Position numbers and translations under genes: made by a program. From positions 124,001 to 188,000 of the forward strand of contig NIVC01001556.1 in assembly GCA_002269645.1 (NCBI GenBank): a DNA stretch of 64,000 bases, read 5' to 3'. The notes under the pieces are model-generated. The model was not told the DNA's origin. It saw only the letters and a program-made list of their open reading frames with translations, and did not search any database. Every line of letters begins with the position of its first letter. Positions within the stretch are counted from its first letter, which is position 1. The stretch is from Macrostomum lignano. Its lineage: Eukaryota. This document shows, one piece after another, positions 63,281-64,000 of the stretch.

Positions 63281-64000
63281 GCTTCACTTTGACTCATTGA
63301 AGTCCTCATTTAGACGTTTGAGAATATTTTTCACCTGTACATATGACAACTCTGCAGCACCATCTGTGCTGACTGAAACGCCGTCTCCAAAAATTCTATG
63401 AAAAACAATTTTCCCATTGCAATTTTTGTGGCTTCTCTTCTAGGCGGAAGAAAGAGAAACATCAAAACAATTTTAAAAATCTGCCGGTGGGATAAACTGT
63501 TGACGGCGAAACTCAACACTGCCGTTTTATGGTCCTTGGCGCACCTGAGGCCAGGATAAGTGGGGAATCAAAGACTGTGGAAGACTGCGAAGATATTTTT
63601 GAAAATGGAGGGCCCGCTAGGAGAAAGATGGAGAGAAATAGTCTCACCCGAGACTCTCCCGCTTTTTTTCCTTAATCCGAGTTTAAAGTAGAGAAGCAGT
63701 TTGAGATTTAACCTGCCAACCCCCCGCTGCGCGCGGCTTTCACAATCTCCCCCTAACCCCAGCGGGGAGCTCGGGGATTTGAACTGCTCTGGGGTCTAAA
63801 TGGGATAAACCAGGCATAGAAAATCCCAACCCCTGCATTAGCTATGCATGGGCAAGCTAAAGCAGAAGGCCGCTGCAAACGCGTTTGGAGCAGATTACTG
63901 CTGCAAAATGCATCAGCGAGACAGGAACATGTAGCGCTGATGTTCCCGACCGATTTTGTCTATGGCCAAACCCCATTCAGCGCTGTGCAAAAATCTGTTT

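Overview
Eukaryotic (metazoan) genomic DNA, not prokaryotic. Short GC-rich exons with canonical GT-AG introns are embedded in about 30 head-to-tail micro/minisatellite arrays that fill many introns and intergenic spaces. This architecture suggests a free-living flatworm such as Macrostomum, but the species is inferred, not shown. Nine spliced protein-coding genes were reconstructed by hand with phase-consistent junctions: a 5'-truncated divergent ionotropic glutamate receptor/IR (+), a METTL27-like methyltransferase (+), a PHLDB/LL5 PH-domain protein (+), a divergent DEG/ENaC channel (+), RUFY (-), CIMIP1/C20orf85 (+), GTP-PEPCK with an apparent mitochondrial presequence (-), a beta-1,4-GalT-family enzyme with the GalNAc-type Ile (-) and Six4/5 (-). 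There are also two copies of a tRNA-derived SINE-like element. Most long ORFs in the supplied track are translations of tandem repeats. The most interesting signals are: arrays seeded exactly at start codons, stop codons and splice donors; inverted minisatellite arrays bracketing one ENaC exon; satellite families shared between distant introns; PEPCK-CIMIP1 adjacency echoing human 20q13; and a TGATG uORF/start overlap. All coordinates were counted manually; array edges are approximate.
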